NCBI GenBank assembly: GCA_947254895.1
Contig: CAMYEY010000001.1
Coordinates: 1-40,542 of the forward strand
From: an uncultured Clostridia bacterium
Lineage (GTDB): Bacteria > Bacillota > Clostridia > Saccharofermentanales > DTU023
Direction: 5' to 3'
Length of the DNA: 40,542 nt
Both the position numbers and the translations under genes were made by a program. This document shows positions 1 through 7,137 of the stretch, piece by piece (position 1 is the stretch's first letter; each line of letters begins with the position of its first letter). Under the pieces are notes generated by a model. The model was not told the origin of the DNA and made no database searches. It worked only from the letters and a program-made list of their open reading frames with translations.

Positions 1-1
1 C

Positions 2-1423
2 GAGTTTGATAAAGACGGAAACGTTACAATAATCAGTCCTAATGATGTGGAAGTTGATGATTGGGATAATAACGGCAATCCGATTTACGCAAAAAATCCT
101 GATGGAACCTATAAAGTAAACGATGGGGCCAAAGTCACTAAATTCCCTGCCAAAGACCTGGTGAAAAATATTGCACCTAAATCTCCAGGGATTGCGGTAG
201 ATACGGATACCGGCAAAGTCACCATTACTCCACCGGCTTATAAAAATCCCGGCGATGATACCGACTTGGCGTCCTACATGATTACCTATAAAGACGCTTC
301 TGGAGCGGAGAAAACCGTTACTGCAACGCGAGATTTGGATACCAATAAATGGAGTGGAACTGGCGTTGATGAGAACACCGGTGTGATCACTCTGAGTGTC
401 GAAGACATCGAAGTTGGTGGAACCATCACGGCAAAAGCGAAAGACAATGGCGGATTAATTCCTGAAGAACCGCCGCTTGAATCAGATCCGGCCCGCAAGA
501 CGCTCGAAACGGTTGAGGTTACCTACGATGCGGGCGGCGGTAAGGGAACCATGACCGATGGGAAACTCAAAGACGGCAAGACCCTCAACAAGGGCTCAAA
601 GTACAAGATTTTGGATAATGCTTTTACTGCCCCGGAAAACGAAAAGTTCAAGACCTGGAAGATCGGTGATACCGAGTACGCTGCAGGCGTTGAAATCACC
701 GTTAAGGAAGACACTACTATAAAAGCCATTTGGCAAGATATCGAGGTGAAGGTTTCCTATAGCCCTAATGGTGGCAGTGGTGAAATGACGGGTAAAACCA
801 TGAAGAAGGGCAGTAAATATACCCTGCTCGAAAGCACCTTCACCGCTCCGGATGATACCCAAGAGTTTAAAGCCTGGGAAGTCGACGGCAAAGAAGTAGC
901 TGCGGGCATCGAGATCACCGTTGACAAGGACACCGAAGTAAAGGCTGTTTGGAAGAAGATCAAGGTTAACGTTACCTACGATGGTAACGGTGGTGGCGGA
1001 GAAATGGCAGGTCAGACTGTCGATAAAGGCAGCAAGTTTACCCTTCCTGCCAATGCTTTTACCGCCCCGGCCAAACAGAAATTTAAGGGCTGGATGATAG
1101 GCAATACGGTATATGCAGAAAATGCCGAAGTTACAATTAATGAAGATACCGTCATCAAAGCTGTCTGGGAAAAATTACCCGACAAACCGCAAGGTAAACC
1201 GGAAAACGAGGGCAAGGGAAAGAACCAATCCAATAATCTTGGAAAACAAGGTTCAGGCAAGAACTCTCGCCTGCCGGCTGGTAGCTTGTTGGAGATCAAC
1301 AGGAACACTAAGCCTTTACCGAAAACAGGTGAAGTCGGTGTACTCTCTATCCAGGCTCCGGCCATCCTCCTTGCTGTAGGCGGCATGCTCGCCCTAGCCA
1401 GGAAGAAGAAAGAAGACCGATAA
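2..1423 (+). CDS. LPXTG-anchored cell-wall surface protein, C-terminal part (5' end lies outside window)
   Basis: The frame is open from nt 2, so the listed GTG at 47 is probably internal. It has three tandem 71-78 aa repeats of the V.V.Y..NGG.GEM..KGSK..L....FTAP....F.GW......AG.EITV..DT..KA.W type (Listeria-Bacteroides / InlB B-repeat-like). The C-terminus has LPKTG (nt 1316-1330), a hydrophobic helix and an RKKKEDR tail, which is a sortase sorting signal. Confidence 0.85.
   Translation, partial: EFDKDGNVTIISPNDVEVDDWDNNGNPIYAKNPDGTYKVNDGAKVTKFPAKDLVKNIAPKSPGIAVDTDTGKVTITPPAYKNPGDDTDLASYMITYKDASGAEKTVTATRDLDTNKWSGTGVDENTGVITLSVEDIEVGGTITAKAKDNGGLIPEEPPLESDPARKTLETVEVTYDAGGGKGTMTDGKLKDGKTLNKGSKYKILDNAFTAPENEKFKTWKIGDTEYAAGVEITVKEDTTIKAIWQDIEVKVSYSPNGGSGEMTGKTMKKGSKYTLLESTFTAPDDTQEFKAWEVDGKEVAAGIEITVDKDTEVKAVWKKIKVNVTYDGNGGGGEMAGQTVDKGSKFTLPANAFTAPAKQKFKGWMIGNTVYAENAEVTINEDTVIKAVWEKLPDKPQGKPENEGKGKNQSNNLGKQGSGKNSRLPAGSLLEINRNTKPLPKTGEVGVLSIQAPAILLAVGGMLALARKKKEDR
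512..1177 (+). repeat. Three in-frame tandem coding repeats (234, 219 and 213 nt) inside the surface-protein gene
   Basis: Repeat starts at nt 512 (VEVTYDAGGGKGTM), 746 (VKVSYSPNGGSGEM) and 965 (VNVTYDGNGGGGEM). Each ends in ..IKA(I/V)W. Confidence 0.8.
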
Positions 1424-1460
1424 AACTTCTTAGTCCATAAGATAAGTTAAAGTAGACCTA

Positions 1461-1505
1461 AAACCGCTCGCGTGCAAGTACATGTGGGCGGTTTTGAGTT
1501 TTTGA
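1461..1505 (+). terminator. Rho-independent terminator after the surface-protein gene
   Basis: CCGCTCGCGTG / CATGTGGGCGG forms an 11-bp stem with 3 G-U pairs and loop CAAGTA (1464-1491). It is followed by TTTTGAGTTTTT. Confidence 0.7.
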
Positions 1506-1585
1506 GAAATCAGATTTGAGAAGGGAGGAACAGTCGTATCAAAAGCCTAGGTTAGCGAGGGTGAGGTGTAAATAACACTTGAGAC

Positions 1586-1614
1586 TTGCACTGTCCTATA
1601 ATGCGTGATAGAAT
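1586..1614 (+). promoter_or_regulatory. Sigma-70/SigA-type promoter of rpsT
   Basis: TTGCAC (1586-1591), 17-nt spacer, TAGAAT (1609-1614), with an extended -10 TG at 1606-1607. A second TATAAT lies at 1597-1602. Confidence 0.55.
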
Positions 1615-1648
1615 TACTACCTGAAATTAATCTGCAGGAGGTGAGAGG

Positions 1649-1909
1649 ATGCCAAATATTAAATCAGCAATCAAGCGTGTTAAACAAACTGCTAGAAGGA
1701 CTGAGGTTAATAAGCAAAGGAAAAGCCAATTAAAAACAGTTTTGAAGCATACACATCAAGCATTGGATACTTCCGCAGAAAATGCGGCTGAGTTAGCCTT
1801 GAATGCTCAAAAGAAACTCGATAAGGCTGTTTCTAAAGGGCTTATTCATAAAAATCAGGCCGCACATAAGAAATCGCAAATTGCAAAAAAACTCAACAAC
1901 TTAGCTTAG
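1649..1909 (+). CDS. rpsT: 30S ribosomal protein S20
   Basis: MPNIKSAIKRVKQ... is the canonical S20 N-terminus. 86 aa, basic. RBS GGAGGTGA lies upstream. Confidence 0.95.
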   Translation: MPNIKSAIKRVKQTARRTEVNKQRKSQLKTVLKHTHQALDTSAENAAELALNAQKKLDKAVSKGLIHKNQAAHKKSQIAKKLNNLA

Positions 1910-1918
1910 TCTGCTTAG

Positions 1919-1947
1919 GATCACCCATGTATGGGTGGTCTTATCTT
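1919..1947 (+). terminator. Possible weak terminator hairpin after rpsT
   Basis: GATCACCCAT / ATGGGTGGTC inverted repeat followed by a T-poor tail (TTATCTT). Confidence 0.3.
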
Positions 1948-2012
1948 ACTAGCAGACCGCGTTTGTTGCTGGGGATAGGATGAACTTTCTATCGGACCAA
2001 GAACGAGGTCAG

Positions 2013-2040
2013 CTGACAGAGTTTTAAATAAAAATATAGA
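2013..2040 (+). promoter_or_regulatory. Candidate promoter driving the FMN riboswitch-ribU transcript
   Basis: CTGACA (2013-2018), 16-nt spacer, TATAGA (2035-2040), immediately upstream of the aptamer. Confidence 0.35.
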
Positions 2041-2045
2041 CAAGG

Positions 2046-2200
2046 TGTTTCCGGGGCAGGGTGAAAGTCCCTACCGGCGGTGTTTGCAGGAGCTAGCTGC
2101 TATGTAATTAGATCCGGCATCAGCCCGCGACTCTTCTAGGAGATTGATGAGGTGAGAATCCTTAGCCGACAGTATAGTCTGGATGGAAGGAAGCATAGCT
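2046..2200 (+). promoter_or_regulatory. FMN riboswitch (RFN element) aptamer
   Basis: Contains the hallmark RFN blocks GGGGCAGGGTGAAAGTCCCTACCGGCGGT ... CAGCCCGCGA ... GGTGAGAATCC ... AGCCGACAGTATAGTCTGGATGGAAGGAAG. It lies directly upstream of a riboflavin transporter gene. Confidence 0.9.
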
Positions 2201-2223
2201 AGTTGTAAAATTGATTAGCCATT

Positions 2224-2253
2224 GCCCCGTCATTTGTCGGGGCTTTTTGTTTT
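2224..2253 (+). terminator. Intrinsic terminator forming the FMN riboswitch expression platform
   Basis: GCCCCG (2224-2229) / CGGGGC (2238-2243) stem followed by TTTTTGTTTT. It sits between the aptamer and the ribU RBS. Confidence 0.8.
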
Positions 2254-2286
2254 GGCAAATGAGATGTTCTGACAAGGAGGTTTCAA

Positions 2287-2919
2287 ATGTCAAACTACGA
2301 ACTGAAAGAATCACAAAAATTAGCACGCGATCAGGAAAGTGAAAAAGTCCGTTGGATTGCAAAGACAGGTGTTTTGGCCGCAGCAGCTATTGTTCTGATG
2401 TATCTGGAATTTCCCCTGCCCCTAATGCCCCCTTTCTTAAAATTTGATTTTGCCGAAGTCCCGGCCTTGCTGGGGGCCTTTTCCATGGGGCCCTGGTCAG
2501 GTTTGATTATCGAATTGATCAAGAATTTGACCCACCTACCGGCAAGCCAGACAGCCTTTATTGGAGAATTAAGTAATTTTATTGTTTGTGGCGGTTTTGT
2601 CTTTGTTGCTGGGCTTATCTACAGAAAGCATAAGACAAAAAAAATGGCCCTGGTTAGCATGGTAATTGCAACAATCGCTATGGCCCTTTTTGGTGTTTTG
2701 GTTAATTATTATATCAACCTGCCTTTCTATGCTAAGAGCATGGGTTTTGACCTGGAAGCCATCATTGGAGTTACCCAGTCTGTAGGTAATAGTCTGGTTA
2801 CTGATATGAAGACCCTCCTCTTCTTTGTCTTTGTTCCTTTCAACCTGTTTAAGGGAACTGTGGTCTCCCTGATCGTCATGGCTGTCTACAAAAAGATTAG
2901 CCCCCTGCTCCATAAGTAG
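2287..2919 (+). CDS. ribU: Riboflavin transporter RibU (ECF transporter S component)
   Basis: About 6 TM helices. The motif region YLEFPLPLMPPFLKFDFAEVPALLGAF is typical of RibU/ECF-S proteins. Preceded by an FMN riboswitch and RBS AAGGAGG. Confidence 0.85.
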   Translation: MSNYELKESQKLARDQESEKVRWIAKTGVLAAAAIVLMYLEFPLPLMPPFLKFDFAEVPALLGAFSMGPWSGLIIELIKNLTHLPASQTAFIGELSNFIVCGGFVFVAGLIYRKHKTKKMALVSMVIATIAMALFGVLVNYYINLPFYAKSMGFDLEAIIGVTQSVGNSLVTDMKTLLFFVFVPFNLFKGTVVSLIVMAVYKKISPLLHK

Positions 2920-3032
2920 TTTTGTCATAGCTCCATAACCCGGCTTCGAAAAGGAGGAGTCGTTGGTAAGGAATCTTTTCTCGCTGATCTCAAGAGAAAG
3001 AGACTTATCCACGATTCGGGTTATGGTAGCGG

Positions 3033-3061
3033 TTCACATCTTCCTCTTTTCTCGCTATAAT
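3033..3061 (+). promoter_or_regulatory. SigA-type promoter of the cdaA-glmM operon
   Basis: TTCACA (3033-3038), exactly 17 nt, TATAAT (3056-3061). About 27 nt upstream of the TTG start, with RBS GGAGGA in between. Confidence 0.5.
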
Positions 3062-3087
3062 TGTTGGAGGTTTAGGAGGATAGCAAC

Positions 3088-4425
3088 TTGTTGAGCACTA
3101 TGGGTCAGCTGGACCAAATTGTAAGTTTTTTCAAAAATCTCTTTAACTCTTTACAGGAGGGGATCCTCTTTATTGGAGAACCCTTGGATATTGCCCTAGC
3201 TCTAGTTGATATCCTGATAACCAGTTTTATCTTCTACTATATTTTACGATTGGTGAGAGATTCTAGAGCCTGGCAGCTCCTAAAAGGGATTATGTTTATC
3301 ATCTTCTTAACGATTATAGCCAGGATATTTGGTCTTAGTCTTCTCTCTTTCCTCTTGCTCAATACCATTTCGGTTTTTTCTATTGCTTTTGTGATTATAT
3401 TTCAACCGGAATTAAGGCGGGCCCTAGAGACAGTGGGTCGGTCCGGTTTAGGCTTTTTTAATATCAAAGTAGGTGAGTACCAGGGAGAAAATACAGCAAC
3501 GACCATCTCACAGCTTATTGAGTCGATTGTTCAGGCTTGCCATGATATGGCCTTAACCAAGACGGGTGCCCTGATTGTGATAGAGAGGACCACTCCCCTG
3601 GGTGACCTCCAAGATCAGGAAAATGCCGTTCAGATTGATTCGCCGGTTTCAACCAGCTTGCTCAAGCAGATTTTTTATAATGGGACTCCTTTGCATGATG
3701 GGGCTATCCTGATTCGCTATGGCCGGATTGCCGCAGCCAAGATCCACATCCCTTTATCTGACAACTACCACCTCCGTAATGATTATGGGACACGGCACAG
3801 AGCTGCGATTGGTGCCTCAGAGATGGGGGATACTGTTGCTATTGTGGTTTCTGAGGAGAAGGGGACCATCAGCATTGCTATCGAGGGTCGTCTTTATGTT
3901 CTAGATAACAGCGATGCCCTTAGGACCCAACTCCACCGTCTTCTTTTACCTGATGACGAGCAGGATAAAAAGTTCAGGTTCTTACGGAAGAGACGGTCTA
4001 AGAATAAAGATGTTAATGCCATAGGCGGCAAGATGAAAAAATCTAAGAGGCTTGGCCTTTTTGTGCTTTCACTTATTTCATCCAGCTTGCTTTGGATCTA
4101 TGTTCAAGCTACGATCAATCCCATTATATCCAAACCCTTCAATGTGTCCTTGACCTATCAAAATACGGAAGGGCTGGCTGATCGGGGTCTGGAAGTTACC
4201 TATCCTGCCGAGGATGTCCAGATTTCTCTGACTGGTCGAAAGAACCTCTTGGAAAGCATGTCAAACCGTGATATTCAAGCCTATGTCGACCTTGACCAGA
4301 TCAAAAAGTCTGGTATTCAGAGTGTCAATATTACTGTGAAAAAGAATGTAGCCCTATACACGAGGACAGACTATGTCAATCCGCAAGAAGTTACGATTGC
4401 AGTCCGCCCCCTGGATAAAGAGTAG
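3088..4425 (+). CDS. cdaA: Diadenylate cyclase CdaA fused in-frame to a CdaR-like TM + single YbbR domain
   Basis: TTG start 7 nt after GGAGGA. Three N-terminal TM helices. DAC-domain motifs are present (GALIVIER, GTPLHDGAILI, RHRAAIGASEMGDTVAIVVSEEKGTISIA). The C-terminal 130 aa consist of MKKSKR + a TM helix + a YbbR-like beta-rich domain. glmM follows, as in the canonical cdaA-cdaR-glmM operon. Confidence 0.85.
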   Translation: MLSTMGQLDQIVSFFKNLFNSLQEGILFIGEPLDIALALVDILITSFIFYYILRLVRDSRAWQLLKGIMFIIFLTIIARIFGLSLLSFLLLNTISVFSIAFVIIFQPELRRALETVGRSGLGFFNIKVGEYQGENTATTISQLIESIVQACHDMALTKTGALIVIERTTPLGDLQDQENAVQIDSPVSTSLLKQIFYNGTPLHDGAILIRYGRIAAAKIHIPLSDNYHLRNDYGTRHRAAIGASEMGDTVAIVVSEEKGTISIAIEGRLYVLDNSDALRTQLHRLLLPDDEQDKKFRFLRKRRSKNKDVNAIGGKMKKSKRLGLFVLSLISSSLLWIYVQATINPIISKPFNVSLTYQNTEGLADRGLEVTYPAEDVQISLTGRKNLLESMSNRDIQAYVDLDQIKKSGIQSVNITVKKNVALYTRTDYVNPQEVTIAVRPLDKE

Positions 4426-4444
4426 AGAAAGAGAGATATAGATT

Positions 4445-5797
4445 ATGCCGAGATTATTTGGTACGGATGGAGTCCGTGGTATTGCTAATAAAGAGTTAAC
4501 TCCGGACCTGGCCTTTCGCCTAGGTTATGCTGGGGCCAAGGTTTTGACCGGAGAAAAAGTTCATAAGCCTATGATATTAGTAGGTGCTGATACGCGAATT
4601 TCCTGCGGAATGTTGGAGTCGGCCCTAGTAGCTGGAATCACCTCTGCCGGTGCAGATGCCGTTTTGGCAGGTGTTATTCCAACCCCGGGAATTGCATATT
4701 TGACTAGAAAATATCACTGTGATGCCGGCGTGATGATTTCGGCCTCACATAATTCATTTGAATTTAATGGTATTAAATTTTTTGGCGGTCTAGGCTATAA
4801 ATTGCCGGACCAGGTTGAAGATCAAATCGAGGCAGAAGTTTTAAACTTTGATGAGAATATGAATCGGCCGATCGGTGATCAAATTGGCCACAGGATCCCT
4901 AAAGCAAATGCTGCCAGGGATTACGCCGAACACCTTAAACGCCGGATGAGTGTCGACTTGACGGGCATGAAAATCGCCTTGGATTGTGCCAACGGAGCCA
5001 GTTACCATATTGCTCCCGGGATCTTTACCGACCTGGGTGCTGACCTTGTAGCAATCGGCATTGAGCCGGATGGGGTTAACATTAATCTGAATTGCGGTTC
5101 TACCCATCTTGACCGGCTGACGCAAACTGTTCGCCGGGAGGGTTGTGATATAGGTATTGCTTTTGATGGTGATGCTGATCGGATGCTGGCTATAGATGAA
5201 AATGGTGTCATGGTCGATGGTGATGGGATTATGGCTATTATCGCATCAGGTATGCAGGAGGCTGGTGAGCTTAAAGATGATAAGGTTTGCGTAACCGTCA
5301 TGAGTAATCTTGGCTTTGATATTTTTGCAGAAAAGTCGGGAATAGGTCTTGTCAAGACTAAGGTAGGCGACCGTTATGTTTTAGAGGAAATGCTGAAGTC
5401 CGGAATTGTCTTGGGGGGTGAGCAGAGCGGTCACCTTATTCTCCTTGACCATACTACAACCGGAGATGGAATGCTCAGTGCCCTAGCCCTTTTGAAGACC
5501 CTGCATAATAAAGGTCAGCGCCTGTCAGAAGCCCGCTTGATTATGCAGCCTCTGCCGCAAGTTCTTAAGAATGCTAACATTCCTAATGACCGGAAGATAG
5601 CTGCCCTCAAAGATGAGGATATCCTTGCTGCAATCGCTCAGGAGGAAGAAAAACTTAACAAAAAAGGCAGAATCTTGGTCCGTGCTTCTGGTACTGAGCC
5701 GATTATCCGGGTTATGATCGAAGGTGAAGACCAAAAGACCATCGCAAAGATGGCAGGCCGCTTGGTTGACCTTCTGACCAGCAAATACGGTCTTTAA
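4445..5797 (+). CDS. glmM: Phosphoglucosamine mutase
   Basis: N-terminus FGTDGVRG, active-site serine loop SASHNSFEFNGIKFF, metal loop FDGDADR, 450 aa. Synteny with cdaA. Confidence 0.95.
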   Translation: MPRLFGTDGVRGIANKELTPDLAFRLGYAGAKVLTGEKVHKPMILVGADTRISCGMLESALVAGITSAGADAVLAGVIPTPGIAYLTRKYHCDAGVMISASHNSFEFNGIKFFGGLGYKLPDQVEDQIEAEVLNFDENMNRPIGDQIGHRIPKANAARDYAEHLKRRMSVDLTGMKIALDCANGASYHIAPGIFTDLGADLVAIGIEPDGVNINLNCGSTHLDRLTQTVRREGCDIGIAFDGDADRMLAIDENGVMVDGDGIMAIIASGMQEAGELKDDKVCVTVMSNLGFDIFAEKSGIGLVKTKVGDRYVLEEMLKSGIVLGGEQSGHLILLDHTTTGDGMLSALALLKTLHNKGQRLSEARLIMQPLPQVLKNANIPNDRKIAALKDEDILAAIAQEEEKLNKKGRILVRASGTEPIIRVMIEGEDQKTIAKMAGRLVDLLTSKYGL

Positions 5798-5811
5798 TTT
5801 ACAGTCCGGCC

Positions 5812-7122
5812 ATGACCCAAAAACAAGCTTTAAAAATAGTTGCTAGCCTGGTAGTCATCTCCTTAATTGCCTTGGCCGTTATGGGGGTTTTACGGCGATC
5901 CTATCCTGAAAAGTTTGATCCGGAGGTTAGGCTTCAGATGGAAAAAAAGGCCGAACAGGCCAACAAGACGACAGCTGATGAACTCCCAATCAACGAGATG
6001 GACTATAAGGCTACCAGCAAAAATAGCCGAGGGGTTTGGGCATGGCCCTATGATTCGGCTGTTCCGGTTTACCACAATGTCCAACTGGATCTTTACCAAA
6101 ACCGCATTAAGGATGAAAATTCCCTCAAAGGGATTACAGTTTACTTGGCTATAGACTCTCTTACAAACATAGACACTGAGTCCAAAGGGAGTCAGACCGG
6201 ATCCGGTCATCAGGAAAACAATACGTCAGACCTTCAGTTTTCTAGTCTTGAAGAGTTAAATGAGAAGCAAACTCACCCACTAGATAGCCAGGCAGCTGAT
6301 CAAGCGGAGGCCAAAGTAGCGGAAGAAAAAGGACAGGGAACTGATTTTTCGGATCTTGGTCAGGTTAGTGATAAGGACTTACAAAAGATTTTAGAAAGTA
6401 TATCCTTGCACTGCAGTAAAAGTCTTGAAGCCTTAGGGGCTAATGTTGTTGTGCTTGATAGTCAGCTTAGCCAAGCCACCCAGAAAGCAGCCTTTGTCGG
6501 CCATTCAGTTTTATCAGACTTTTTAGCTGAGCTAACCGAGCAAAAATTTACCAGCAAGCCCTTAGAAAAATTACTTAGTCCACTTGAAAGCATTCAACAT
6601 GTATCGGGAACCTCGGACCAGGTCCAGCAGATGTTTCCAGATATAGGTGTATCCAAAAACCAACGTCTTCTTCTCGATGTGGAACGCCAGTACAATGATA
6701 GGATTTTCCTAAATCTCAAATTTGGTCAAGATAAGTCGGAAAAAACAGGTAGCCTTGTTAAATACCTAGCCGGTCAGAGTGCAGCAATCGGTGCTCAGAC
6801 TTCATCCATGACTGAAACGACAGCGGAAAAACCGGCCTATGTTGCTTATGATACAGATGGTAGACTCAAATTGGCGGAGCTCATGAGTAAGAACATTGGC
6901 CAGCTGATTCCTGCCCTTAAATATTCGGGGGAGGATGGAGTCCAGGAGCAGATTGTTCCCTGCCTTCGTTTGATTAACCTGAATAGCTTGGAAATAGAGA
7001 TCAGTTCTAAGAATCAAATTTATGACCTCCAAATCCTCCTGTCAGAAGAACAGCACAGAGTCTATGCAGAGGCTATCAGCAATGCTGTATATGAATTTTA
7101 TTGTGGTGTGGCGGCAGATTAA
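5812..7122 (+). CDS. Membrane-anchored hypothetical protein. The C-terminal part resembles a degenerate amidase_3 (MurNAc-L-Ala amidase) fold.
   Basis: Single N-terminal TM helix (IVASLVVISLIALAVMGVL), an acidic/polar linker, and a C-terminal region. The spacing pattern of that region (ITVYLAID.., LHCSKSLEALGANVVVL, RIFLNLKFGQ, VPCLRLINLNSLEIE....YAEAISNAVYEFY) echoes amidase_3 blocks, but without the His/Glu/His zinc ligands. No obvious SD. The start lies 14 nt after the glmM stop. Confidence 0.55.
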   Translation: MTQKQALKIVASLVVISLIALAVMGVLRRSYPEKFDPEVRLQMEKKAEQANKTTADELPINEMDYKATSKNSRGVWAWPYDSAVPVYHNVQLDLYQNRIKDENSLKGITVYLAIDSLTNIDTESKGSQTGSGHQENNTSDLQFSSLEELNEKQTHPLDSQAADQAEAKVAEEKGQGTDFSDLGQVSDKDLQKILESISLHCSKSLEALGANVVVLDSQLSQATQKAAFVGHSVLSDFLAELTEQKFTSKPLEKLLSPLESIQHVSGTSDQVQQMFPDIGVSKNQRLLLDVERQYNDRIFLNLKFGQDKSEKTGSLVKYLAGQSAAIGAQTSSMTETTAEKPAYVAYDTDGRLKLAELMSKNIGQLIPALKYSGEDGVQEQIVPCLRLINLNSLEIEISSKNQIYDLQILLSEEQHRVYAEAISNAVYEFYCGVAAD

Positions 7123-7137
7123 AATTTTGTCCGGCCG

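Noticed and set aside
1012-1386. 124-aa minus-strand and 88-aa plus-strand ORFs inside the surface-protein gene. The smaller antisense ORFs at 286-963 are of the same kind.
   Set aside because: They overlap the repeat-bearing LPXTG protein frame, which has unambiguous domain and sorting-signal evidence.
2569-3012. 147-aa minus-strand ORF overlapping the 3' half of ribU and the ribU-cdaA spacer.
   Set aside because: It is antisense to a riboswitch-controlled, clearly membrane-protein-coding frame. It has no RBS or recognisable motifs. The extension into the spacer coincides with the inverted-repeat region.
3005-3013. TTATCCACG, an 8/9 match to the DnaA box TTATCCACA.
   Set aside because: It is a single isolated near-match inside the ribU-cdaA spacer. 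There is no cluster of boxes, no AT-rich unwinding element and no dnaA/dnaN nearby, so this is not an origin.
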